64,000 nucleotides of DNA, from positions 62,001 to 126,000 of the forward strand of contig CDMY01000214.1 in NCBI GenBank assembly GCA_001179505.1, written 5' to 3'. Below are positions 53,200 to 64,000 of this stretch, in pieces. Under the pieces are notes generated by a model. It did no database searches. It was given only the letters and a program-made list of their open reading frames with translations, and had not been told where the DNA came from. A program made the position numbers and the translations under genes. Each line of letters begins with the position of its first letter. The first letter of the stretch is position 1. This stretch comes from Vitrella brassicaformis CCMP3155. Its lineage: Eukaryota > Protista > Chromerida.

Positions 53200-56092
53200 T
53201 TGTCTCTCCCTGTGTGTATGTGTGTGTTTATGTGTCTGTGTGCGTGTGGGAAGAGAGGATGTGGGGCGATGTATCTCTGAGGTTCAATTGGTGTTCGCCC
53301 AGAATGGCTGAGAATGCGTTCAACAGGCCGTGGTGAGACATAACGATGACATCTCGGCAAGCAGGCTGCAGAGGGTGGTTCACTAGGCCGTCAGCAAGCT
53401 CGACTACAAGACAGTGCAGGACCTGCTGCTCGACCTGACAGATCAAACAGACGAAGGCATCGATAACGACGAATACGATATGCTACACAGCCGTAGTGAG
53501 TGTGTTTATTTTCCGGATGCGTATGCGTGTGTGTCGAGGAGACACTACTGAGAGAGACACGGCGTCATGCAGAGCTGCCTCTATATCAGCTGTGTGCGTG
53601 TCTCTGTGTGTGCAGCGGAACCGACAGCCAGGCCTGTGTGTTCATTCGGGCTGCCTTTGGTGTCTTGTTTGATCGTCCGCCCGGCGTCCATTCACTTAGT
53701 TGGCCCGTTTGTCTTGCCTTGACGGAATGCAATTTCCCTCTTTCTTTAAGAGACACGCGCAGACACACGCAATCGTCGACATCCAGATCAACGGAATATA
53801 AAATGTAGGCATCGATACATCAGCCACGGTGCACATAGCAGAAACGCTCTCCGCCATCCTTCCCGAGGAGCATAATAGTGTCGATGCTGTCGTGTGCCGA
53901 CAGCACGTGGTTGAGGCGAGCGACCGCTACGTTCTGGTACACACACATACACAAACACACACACACGTGCACAGGCGGGAAGCGTAAATGAGTTGATGTA
54001 TGTACCTGTGTAATCACACAGGCACCCGGGGCCGGCGATGACCTCGCAAAGGGCCTTCGCGTGGCATCTGGCGGCGGTCTCGAAGGGCCAGTTGGTGCTT
54101 GCACGAGGGGCAGAGCTGCACGGCGTGATGATGCAGCGATGCTCACCTTCTGTCGTTGAGATCGCCAGGTCGTGGACCAGCGGCGTGCACGCCTTGGCCT
54201 TCTCGTCATTCGGGGTTGGTGTTCATGATGGTCTTGTACTTCGATAGGCGTGGTACCATGACAGCCCTTCTATTCGTTCTGAATACCCGTCGGTGTGGCC
54301 ATCTTGCTGAACGACATCACAAGGCGTCGGCATCCATCACATGCGGGGTCCGCCTCCTCTCAATGGCGTGCATTCGCTTACAGGAGATCCATGATGGGAA
54401 AGGATGAGGAGGGAGAAAGGCGTACATACTGAATGAGATGATGTATGTACCTGTCTAGTTTGCTGCATGTATCTGTCGCATCACAGACACATCCCAATGT
54501 TCCTGAGCCTCTCGCAGAGGTGATTGACGAAGTCGGTGCCGGAGAGCTGCTCGACTGACGCCCCACGCATGCCACACAACACAGAGCAGGACGACCGTGT
54601 ATGTGTCTGTCTGCTCTGTGTTGTGTGGCACGCCGATGCTGATCCTCACTGTTGATGGTCCTGGCTGTCCCTGCTGTTGAGGAGGTCCATCGCGGCCTTG
54701 AACAGACGCACCAACTCGTCAAAGGGGACCACCCACACACCATGCACAAGCAAAATGCAGACAAGGCCGTCGGGCGTCGCGTCGGTTCTTTCCATAAGCT
54801 CAACTCACCGACGCGCTCGGCTCCGGCCTCCTTGCTGGACGACGACGAAGGCATCGAGCTCATGCTGCCTGAACGACAGACAGACAGACAGACAGACACA
54901 GACAGACAGACAGACAGGCGGACGGACAGCCAGATGACATCAGTGCGCGACCCGTATCTGTCTGTCTGTCGGCGGTTGAAGCGCAACAGGGGCGTGTCTC
55001 TGTGTCTCCACTGTCCGCAGAATATGAAATGTAGCCAGCGATGAGTGTTGTCATGGCCTGACATGTCTTGCCGAGGTTTTGTGGGGTGACACTGTCGTCA
55101 GCTTCGTCTTCGTCGACCTGGCCCTGTACACAGGCAGCAAACACAGAGGAGTGGAGTGTAACGTTGGCTCCCTGCTCCGCAATTGCTGTACTGAATCGCG
55201 GCCGAGCACCCCGCGTTCAACCTGTACACGCACACACGCCACACAAGTGATGGATGCGTTGTGAAAACAAACACAGACGGAAGGCAAAGACAAACACGGC
55301 GTGAAGCATTAACGTCTAGTCTCACTTTCGGAGCCCATCGATTCTCAGACCCGATTCTGAACCCGATTCTGAAGTCGAAAAATGCGACGTGTGTTATCAT
55401 CTTTCGTCTTCGTGTGGGCCCTCTTTCTGGTTCTACTTCTCGGCGCAGATGGTGTCTCACGCATCTGATACACAGAGAGCGGCGCGGTACCTGATCATTG
55501 CTTACCTCGGCCGCTTCCTGACGCCTCCAAGTTGGCCATCCAAGCCTTCTCTTGAACTCGTTGCTCTCAAACCATCTCCCACGCTGCATCCAAGTACACG
55601 GCTGATGGATAGGTAGATGATGCACGACTTTGAATGGTGTCTACGATTTAGCTGTCGAAAAGATGTGCGTGTCTCTCTGTCTTCACTTGCATCAGGATAT
55701 AAAATGTAGCCAGCGATGGAGAGAAAGTGCCGATTGTCTCGCTTGTATGGCCTGACCCCTCCCCTAGCGCCATCGACATGGCTTCGACACAGCACACACA
55801 CACACACACGATGAACAAAGTCTCCCTCTTCTCCTGCCCCTCTCTGCGTGGCTCTGCGCGTACTCATGGGGGAATGGTGGGCGTCGAGCAGCGCCACGGG
55901 TATCGCCAGGAGCCTCAGCACAGACACACCGCCCTCCGGTGGCGGTGCACGGGTGTGTGTTGGGTTGGTACCGTTGTTGGTTCCTCCCCATCTCGCTGGT
56001 AGCCACTGCCTGCAGATGCCCGTGGCCGTCTTGCTCAGATGCTATGGTCCTCTTCAACTTGTGTGTGGTCAGCCACACACACACACACACAT

Positions 56093-56127
<35 letters not shown>

Positions 56128-57228
56128 CACATATACGAGGAAACTCGGGTGTGTACCGATGTAGTCGGCCAGGCTGCCCAGGAGCAGGACGACCAGCCTG
56201 TTGAACTCGTGATCATGGGATGACGCGGCGATTTGGTGGTGTTGAGAGTGCGCTTGACGGGTGCTGCACACATTACATGAGTCAGGCAGGCAGCACAATC
56301 ACCACAACACATACATCGTCAGGCGTGTATGTCTGTATGTATGTGTTGTGTGCACGCCATGCTCACCGTCGACACACTCCGGTAGCTGCCTGACGACCGG
56401 GCTGAGCTCGATGGCCTTGGCGTGAGGTCCGAGAGTGGCGTCAGTGATGATGTCCGCCGCCTTCTTGAACAGGACCGCCCGCACCTGCATCGGCGAAGTC
56501 TTTAACTCCTCACTCTCGTCAGAATATAAAATGTAACCAGCGATGAGCATCGGATCCTGACGAGCCGGCCTTGATACATAGCGAAAGTTCATGGCCTTGA
56601 TACATAGTTGTGCGTGTACCGTGAGGGCGAGAGCTTGCTGCGCGCTCACAGAACTGAGCCGCTGCATGAAGGAGAGGAAAGAAAGTGAGACAGAAGGAAA
56701 TGTCTCAGACAAGGTCTCAGAGCGATATTACCTCGCTGCTTTCCGACAGAAGGCTGGCCAATTCACCGAAATCCGCACGGACAGAAGCCTCAAACCGCCG
56801 AACGTGGGACATCTCCTCTCGAACCTCCTGCATACACACATAGACACACACACATAGACACACACACACATACACACATCCATCTGCAGGCACTGAGGGC
56901 ACTTGTGTGGGTTAATACTGTTACGATCAGTCACACGATCAATGAGCTTCGCCTTGATCCATTCACCACTGCGCCGCCTTGCCAGATATGTGTGCCTCTT
57001 CACCGACATATGCCAGGTGTGTCGTAGTTGATGCGAAAGTTCACTGGCGTCTGGCTCTCGGCCAAACGCATCTCCTGCACACAAATACACACACACACCC
57101 ATCTGCAGGCACTGAGGGCACCTGTGAGGGTTGGTACCGTCCTTGTGGTGTCGACTTGCCCACGCAGGGCACCGAACAGCTGGAGAGGGTCGGCCGTCTC
57201 ATCACGCATCTCCTGCACACACACATAC

Positions 57229-57259
<31 letters not shown>

Positions 57260-57540
57260 TCTGCAGGCACTGAGGGCACTTGTGTGGGTTGGTACCGTTG
57301 TGATGGAGTCGAGCTGGCCACGGACTGGGCCGACCAGCTGGCGAATCTCTGCCATGTACTTATACTCGACCTGACCTATCGCTGACCGACAAAGGGCAGC
57401 ATACAGTCTGTATTTATTGTCTCGTCTGTCAATTGGTCTGTCTGTCTGGCTGCTCGATGCTTACAGACGGGGAGGTCGACCATCGGTGGCGCGGCGATGA
57501 GCATCGACTCCTGACGAATCTCCTGAACACACACACACAC
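53200..57540 (-). pseudogene. Array of shuffled and degenerate exon modules of an uncharacterised family
   Basis: Exon-like fragments with splice signals, e.g. VLFKKAADIITDATLGPHAKAIEL (paralogous to LLYRRAADAIKDADLGAEAKTAKL at 60.6 kb), VPFDELVRLFKAAMDLL and EFNRLVVLLLGSLADYI. No continuous ORF could be built. Confidence 0.4.
56611..56989. repeat. ~380-bp duplication (copy 2 at 59798-60176)
   Basis: Near-identical sequence at offset 3187. Confidence 0.92.
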
Positions 57541-58180
57541 NNNNNNNNNNNNNNNNNNNNNNNNNNNNNNNNNNNNNNNNNNNNNNNNNNNNNNNNNNNN
57601 NNNNNNNNNNNNNNNNNNNNNNNNNNNNNNNNNNNNNNNNNNNNNNNNNNNNNNNNNNNNNNNNNNNNNNNNNNNNNNNNNNNNNNNNNNNNNNNNNNNN
57701 NNNNNNNNNNNNNNNNNNNNNNNNNNNNNNNNNNNNNNNNNNNNNNNNNNNNNNNNNNNNNNNNNNNNNNNNNNNNNNNNNNNNNNNNNNNNNNNNNNNN
57801 NNNNNNNNNNNNNNNNNNNNNNNNNNNNNNNNNNNNNNNNGACGAATCTCCTGAACACACACACACACACATCTGCCGGCACTGAGGGCACTTGGGTGGG
57901 TTGGTACGAATGGGCAAACGGAGGCAGTGCTGTGGCTGGCCTTGTGCCTCTCTCCCTCCCTCCCTTCCTCCCTCCCCCTCCCTCTCTCTGTCTCTGTGTG
58001 TGTGTGTGTGTGTGTGTTGTGTACCGCTGTCACAGTGTCCAGCCACCCTAGACGCCCAACCCTGTCTGTCTGTCTATCTGATCATCCCCCCAACTAGCCC
58101 CCTCCCTGCCCCCAAGCGTCCTCCACCGTTACGCCGACCAGCTGGCGAAGGTCGGCCGGCTCCTCACGCATCTCCTGCAC
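56820..58180 (-). repeat. Tandem exon-intron units (phase-0 helical exon plus a conserved intron)
   Basis: CATCTGCAGGCACTGAGGGCAC (plus strand) occurs at 56881, 57100, 57258, 57870 (variant) and 60068. On the minus strand each unit reads GTACCAACC...(GT)n..CAG|GAGAT, flanking exons such as EMRDETADPLQLFGALRGQVDTTRT. Confidence 0.75.
57541..57840. other. Assembly gap (300 N)
   Basis: Run of N; gacgaatctcctgaacacacac occurs on both flanks. Confidence 0.99.
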
Positions 58181-58184
58181 ACAA

Positions 58185-59130
58185 ATACGGCATCGCCATC
58201 GTGTCCATGGTCATCCCTCGGGCCTTGGCGACCTTGTGGATGTGCTGGACGTGCCGGATGACGTGGGGGTACGTCCGTACCGACTGCACAGACACAGATG
58301 ACTGCACCGACAGACACCACACACGGAGGAAAAGCTATATGTGGATCATGTGGATGTGTGTGGGAGTGCACGCTTGCTTTCGATGTCTCACCATCCACCG
58401 CCAAAGAGAAGCGTAGATCGCCAGGTCAACGACGGTCATCGACGGGGGGCACACATCGACCATGTACGTCTTGTTCCTCAGGTGCCGCTCGATCAACTGC
58501 AATGGATGGATGGATGGAGGACACATGTATACACACACACACACACAAACAGAGAGAGAGAGAGAGAGATTGATGGCATGTACTCTGAATGGATGGCTTC
58601 TCTCTCGTGTACATACGATCGATGTATGGACGCACCTTGACGTCTGTCGTCTCGCTGATGTCGAAGTCCCTGCTGGCGATGAACAGCAGCCAGCGCTTGA
58701 CGTCAACCTGAATGCATCCATCCATCCAAACCCACCCACTCAGTCCATCACTTCTTTCTGTGCTGTTGTGTGTTGTGTTTGGTCTATCTACGTTGCGGCG
58801 GCCGTAGCCTAATAGCGGGTCCCTCCCGGAACGCAGCTCCGCCAGCTGCGTCAGCACGTCTGCTGGTCGCCCGTCGATCACCATGTGGCCTCGGAGCAGG
58901 TCTGGGAGCTGCACGCACACACGCACAGACACATACATACATACATACATACATGCACCCTCACTTGACCCTCTTACGCATACACACGACAGTCCATATG
59001 ATACGTACCTGCAGGCCGCGCCCTCTCAGGTACGACTCGAGCTCTTAATGACTACTCGGCCGGTCTCCACCAGCCCGGGCAGCCAGGCAGGCCGGGCAAG
59101 TGTCGTCTACGAGCAGCCATGGCGATTCGA
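58185..59130 (-). pseudogene. GST-fold domain of the Arc1p/aminoacyl-tRNA-synthetase scaffold type, with an in-frame stop
   Basis: Spliced: ELESYLRGRGLQ|LPDLLRGHMVIDGRPADVLTQLAELRSGRDPLLGYGRRN|VDVKRWLLFIASRDFDISETTDVK|LIERHLRNKTYMVDVCPPSMTVVDLAIYASLWRWM|SVRTYPHVIRHVQHIH. A TAA lies just upstream of ELESYL. Confidence 0.6.
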
Positions 59131-60189
59131 TGAAGCAACTCGGATGCGGTGCCGATGAGCACCGCCTCCATCACCATGCATAAGCGTCGACATCGACAAC
59201 AGCCCCAGACTCAGCACCTCGGTCACTTCACACACCTCTGACACAACCAAACAACCAACCAATACCAGCCAATGAATGAATGAATGAATCAGCCAACAAA
59301 CAATACGGAGAAGTCTCCCTGCTCTCCCGTCCCTCTCTCTCTCTGTGTGTGTGTGTGTGTGTCTGTCTGTCGGTGAGGCTGCGTCCTGATGGGCGAGTGG
59401 TGGGTGTCAAGGACCGCGTGTCATTAACTCCTCACTCTCGTCGGAATATAAAATGTAGCCAGCGATGAGCACCGACAAGCTCTCGAATCTCGGACATCTC
59501 CTCACGAGTCCCCTGCACACACACACACACACACACACATCCTCCCTCTGGTCGGTTGAACTTTTGACTCGGTTCATGCATCGGGCTCCTTCTACAGACG
59601 TCTACGTCTCGTGACGCTGCTGACTTGCTGACTGTCTTGGCTGCATTTCTCTTGTGGCTTTACCTTGCGTCAGTTTCGCCGTCCGTTGGACACAAGGGCG
59701 CCTTTGCGCCAGGTATTGGACGGTAAGGTTCCCTTGGGGAGAGGCCTCCTGGCCTCGCCACAAGGGAACGCCATCTCGCTCTCGCCACGAGCATATGTGC
59801 GTGTACCGTGAGGGCGAGAGCTTGCTGCGCGCTCGCAGTACTGAGCCGCTGCATGAAGGAGAGGAAAGAAAGTGAGACAGAAGGACGTGTCTTGGACAAG
59901 GTCTCAGAGCGATCTTACCTCACTGCTTTCAGAGAGAAGGCTGGCCAATTCACCGAAATCCGCACGGACAGAAGCCTCAAACCGCCGAACGTGGGACATC
60001 TCCTCTCGAACCTCCTGCATACACACATAGACACACACACATAGACACACACACACATACACACATCCATCTGCAGGCACTGAGGGCACTTGTGTGGGTT
60101 AATACTGTTACGATCAGTCACACGATCAATGAGCTTCTCCTTGATCCATTCACCACTGCGCCGCCTTGCCAGATATTCAATGGCTTTTT

Positions 60190-62394
60190 CCACCGACCAC
60201 CTATACCTGCAAGTCACGCATACACATATGTGTGTGGGCAGTGCAGACACCATAGACAATGTGTGCGTTGTACTTTTCATGAGGATCGCGCATGTGAATG
60301 ACCACTGCATAGCGAGGTGGGGGATGGTGGGCCTTCAGCGTGTCGATCACGGCCTTGAACACCGTGCAATGACAAAGACAGGGCTGTCCCTTCATTTCCA
60401 CTGACGTCGGGATATGAAATGTAGCAAGCGATATAACACTCCTGGTGGGCAACACCTGACGCCACGCCAAAGAGCAAGGGAACGAACGCATGTGTGTGTG
60501 TCCACGTGTGTGTGTGTGTGACCCGACTGCACCACGTCTCACCGCCTGGCGTTGCAGCGGCGATGTCGTGGATGAGTTGGTGGAGCTTGGCGGTCTTGGC
60601 CTCGGCCCCCAAGTCAGCGTCCTTGATGGCGTCTGCCGCACGCCGGTATAGGAGCTGCATACCCTCATGCCTTGATTGCCGTACTGGGATCGTGATGGTA
60701 CCGTCCGCCGAAAGTGAAGCACTGGCGGGGCAGACAGAGAGAGAGACTCACACACAACCGGTGAGATGGTGGCTGGGTCTTGTGTTGTCTCGATCGTCGA
60801 TCAGTGACTTGACTTACTTGCCCTCTTGGCTGATGTCGAAGCCCGGCCACTCGTGGGCGCCGAACGTCAATATCTTGCTGACGCGCATCTTGGGCTGACA
60901 AACATACACAGACAGACCACGCAGACACAGACAGAAAGAAAGAATGGAACACACAAGCCGCCCGTCCGTCTGTCGCCGCCTTGCCTCCATGCGTGTGTGT
61001 GTATGTGTATCCCTCCCGCCACACCGCCGCCCACTTACGTCGTTGAAGGCGTCGTTATTGTTGATGTTGCTGGTGATGGTGTCGGCTGGAGGCGTCTCGC
61101 CCTCCTCCTGGTCGACAACGCTCGCCTGACGGGCATGTAGACGCATGCAGAAATGACATATGCACATATATGCATGAGTCTAGTGCTCTTATGCGCAGTT
61201 CACCGTCTTGTGATTCTTCTTGCGATTCTTCTTGTTGTGCTTCTTCTTCTTGTTGCTCTACAGAGAAAGACAAGACACACACATGGACAAGGAGACAAGG
61301 AACCCATCCACACAGAGAAGGCCAAGACTCACTCACCTTCTGTTGCTTGGCCACACCACCGTCACCGTCGGCCCCGCCCTCATCACCGTCACCGTCCTGA
61401 ATGACAAACATACACCAGCAGGTGCATAGATGGAGACACAGTCGAAATGCACACATTTCTCCATGACCTACTTGGTCGGTGCCATTGCAATGTAAGCGGG
61501 GCTGAGAGAAACGTACAAGCGGTTCATATGGCTCGTGTCCGTGTTAATCCTTCTCCTTACTTGTGTGTTCTTGGTGACGTACTCGCCGACTGCAAGCACG
61601 GCGTCCTGGGTGCCCGACACGAAGAACTTGACGACGTCCCCACGCACCTGCTTGCCCCAGACGCGCACTCTGCAAACGATGAGAAGGAAACGACATGTGG
61701 ATGTCTCCTCTCCTTCCTGGTCTTGTGTCCATCTGTCTGCCAAATCACTGACTGGAAGGGGGCGAAGTCCAGCTTGTTGAACTCAGCGAAGGTTACCTCC
61801 ATCTTCAGCATGACCTTGCCGTAGTTATCCCAGTCTCTGGGGATCTGCATAAGCCAGCACGGACATCCGTTCTGTGCGCTCCTCCTTTCCCTCCCCCGCC
61901 CCCCTCACACACTTGTACACTGGCCGTCCGCTGGTGTGTGGGTGTCGGCTGGTGGACCTGCATTACCCCCCCCCCCCCCCCCCCNNNNNNNNNNNNNNNN
62001 NNNNNNNNNNNNNNNNNNNNNNNNNNNNNNNNNNNNNNNNNNNNNNNNNNNNNNNNNNNNNNNNNNNNNNNNNNNNNNNNNNNNNNNNNNNNNNNNNNNN
62101 NNNNNNNNNNNNNNNNNNNNNNNNNNNNNNNNNNNNNNNNNNNNNNNNNNNNNNNNNNNNNNNNNNNNNNNNNNNNNNNNNNNNNNNNNNNNNNNNNNNN
62201 NNNNNNNNNNNNNNNNNNNNNNNNNNNNNNNNNNNNNNNNNNNNNNNNNNNNNNNNNNNNNNNNNNNNNNNNNNNNNNNNNNNNCCCCCCCCCCCCCCCC
62301 CACACACACACACTCCCACACATGCAGCTGACGCAGTGTGCGTGTCAGTGTGGATGGGTGTCCTGACCTCCACTGCTTGAAGGTTCTCGAGGCG
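60190..62394 (-). CDS. Chimeric hypothetical protein starting with the duplicated FEN1-tail module
   Basis: In-frame exon chain [10 protein letters not shown]|VHQPTP..|IPRDWDNY..|..KNTQ|PRLHCNGTDQ|DGDGDEGG..|SNKKKKHNKK..|ASVVDQ..|PKMRVSKIL..|..LLYRRAADAIKD..; the frame breaks down near 60.4 kb. Confidence 0.5.
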
Positions 62395-62406
62395 CATCTG
62401 GCCCGA
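61498..62406. repeat. Segmental duplication, copy 2 (of 49948-50521)
   Basis: Direct alignment, interrupted by the poly-C-flanked N gap. Confidence 0.92.
61985..62284. other. Assembly gap (300 N) inside a poly-C tract
   Basis: Run of N flanked by C-runs; the paralog at about 50405 is contiguous across this point. Confidence 0.99.
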
Positions 62407-63713
62407 GAAATACAAGGCACGAATGGTGGATCCAGACCCTTGGCCTGGCCATCCTCATCGCCAACCTGAATGACAGCCATCACATATATATGTACACACC
62501 ATGGCTCGCTGCAGCGAGCCACGGGTGCAGCGAGCCACGGTGTCTTTCACCCACATTGTTTTTCTTCTTCCACGCCACCGCTGACACCGCTGACAGACAG
62601 GGAAACGACGGATGCCCACCATCGGCCAGCCGTGGATTCATGCACGAATGAGTAACTTACCTTTCTGCCGTTGAACTCGTCGTCTCTCGTCGTCCTGCTG
62701 CGGCACCTCACCCACGCCTTAAGAGGAGATCAGGACGCGTCATTCAGCTTCCCATCCACTTCCTGTGATACCTGCGCGTAGTCCGCTCCGCTCGCTCAAG
62801 CGCCGTACCCGCGCCCGAGGCCTTACGCCTTCCTGCAAGCGTCAAACAATGCGTCCTTTAGTGGTCCGTTTACCTCAATGGATGGTCTTCGGATGACGAG
62901 CAGGCGGACGGGAGGGAGGCAGATGAGGAGGAGAATATGCGCCTAGCGACTGGGTCTGCAGGAAGGAGGAGGGAAGCCACGCAGAAGCGGGAATGATGAA
63001 ATCCGACAGCGGAAAGAAAGAAAGACTGACCGTCTCTTCGCACACGAATTCTCGCCAGAAAGATTCCAAAAGTCTCGTCCACGAGAGAGCGTCGCCGAGA
63101 CACCAAGCACTCTTGGCGAGCTGCCTGACGACAGCAGATATGCAGAGACATGTCGCAGAATGTTCGTTTGGCGTTTTTTCTTACCAGCCATGACTCTGCG
63201 CGAAGTCGCCGCCATGGCGGCTCCTTGGCGGCCGACGCCAGTGAGCTCATGATGCCTGGAGGACAGGCGCACAGCCAGCTGACATCAGGACGCGTCCCGC
63301 GTCCGTCACGCACTCGCTCACCACAGCAGCGGGTCGTGGGTAGGTGGCGGAAGGCGTCCGAAAAATGCAGGAGGAGGCGCAGGCGCCAGGAGGGATGCTC
63401 TACGATGGCGGGAGGGAAGGAGGGACGAAATATGATGAGAGAGGGAGGAGGGAGGAACGAATGCGCCAAGAATGCGGCGGAATGCCTGATTTTCTCCATC
63501 TGATGCCTGCAGGCGAAAAGAAAAAATTAAACGTCTCGTCTCGCGCGATTTCTCGCCAAGGAGGTCCAGGGTCCAATTCCTTCTCGATAGGATGAATAAA
63601 CACCGGCAGCCTCTATCCTACCCTGCACTCGGTCAAGTTAGCCCCCTCGCCCCCCAGTCTCGGAGAAGCTCGCTTTCTCTCCCCTTTTTCGCGCACAAGG
63701 GTCACATCGCTAC

Positions 63714-63973
63714 TCATACAGTATCGACAGCTCTGCACAATTCTCTATCCATGACATCCAGGAACCTCTCCGCCTCGCCCCTCTCAATCAGGGGCGCGCT
63801 CGTCTGGAGGCACACGCACAGCCGGCCGCCCACCGTCACGCACGAGAGCTGAAACAAACAGCCGTTCTGGCTGTTGGTCACGCCGTAATACACGCCATCC
63901 AGACTAATGGGGCCGTACTGCGTCCTCCCCGGCCACACTCCCGCGTTGGACAGACCACACGTGTAGGCACGAC
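63714..63973 (-). CDS. Terminal exon of a condensation/alcohol-acetyltransferase-like protein (5' part beyond the window)
   Basis: After a TTTAG acceptor it reads GRAYTCGLSNAGVWP...YGPISLDGVYYGV...FQLSCVTVGGRLCVCLQTSAPLIERGEAERFLDVMDREL, resembling the SNxG...lsvvT.gG.l C-terminus of this family. Confidence 0.6.
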
Positions 63974-64000
63974 CTAAAGGCATACGAACACACACACGCA

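Larger units (their letters stand above)
21758..60432. repeat. Dispersed motif ATCGCTGGCTACATTTTATAT (8-9 copies; coordinates span first to last copy)
   Basis: Plus-strand copies start at 21758 and 23820, with a partial copy at about 23996. Minus-strand cores are at 53796-53816, 55022-55042, 55697-55717, 56524-56544, 59445-59465 and 60412-60432. Confidence 0.85.

Noticed and set aside
56881-57895. CRISPR-like array of ~22-bp direct repeats
   Set aside because: Spacing is about 160-220 bp and irregular, the spacers are spliceable exons plus (CA)n, the context is eukaryotic, and no cas genes are present.
56881-60095. Repeated HKCPQCLQ zinc-finger motif
   Set aside because: The motif lies between a GT donor and the (GT)n-CAG acceptor, so it is most likely intronic; it reads as different peptides in different ORF-track frames.
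62870-63600. Transposase or HTH remnant (KKLNVSSRAISR)
   Set aside because: A single short motif in fragmented ORFs, with no DDE residues or terminal inverted repeats recognised.
1-64000. Numerous short ORFs rich in CVCV, HTHT, TDRQ or SLSL
   Set aside because: These are translations of intronic microsatellites or antisense shadows of GC-rich exons.
1-64000. Circular permutation joining base 64000 to base 1 within one acyltransferase gene
   Set aside because: Base 1 is mid-exon with no donor site, base 64000 is intronic, and the middle of the protein would be missing.

Overview
Eukaryotic, GC-rich, intron-dense genomic DNA. The short introns are filled with (GT/CA)n, (GACA)n and (GGAT)n microsatellites. 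This style, together with signal+transit plastid presequences, suggests a chromerid alveolate such as Vitrella brassicaformis (inference, not verified). Gene models were spliced by eye, so the ends are provisional. Conserved genes: HxxxD acyltransferase (left edge), Eps15-like EH-domain protein, TFIIH p62, plastid-type SAM methyltransferase, YdcZ-type DMT transporter, SAM+UBX protein, diacylglycerol kinase, IphP-type tyrosine phosphatase, a secreted Cys-rich protein and EFL1. Between them lie accessory regions (about 18.6-24 kb and 39.5-62.5 kb) full of duplicated, shuffled and decaying exon modules. Most notable observations: (1) a FEN1 paralog with a Ser at the catalytic D181-equivalent, a PIP box apparently destroyed by a frameshift, and an in-frame fusion to an unrecognised ~95-aa domain; (2) a second copy of that domain, still carrying the FEN1 scar, heading a different chimeric gene 11.5 kb away; (3) a dispersed family of GST-fold (Arc1p/aaRS-scaffold-like) modules; (4) a 21-nt motif, ATCGCTGGCTACATTTTATAT, in 8-9 copies at apparent rearrangement junctions. 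There are two 300-N assembly gaps. No rRNA, tRNA, CRISPR array or intact transposase was recognised.
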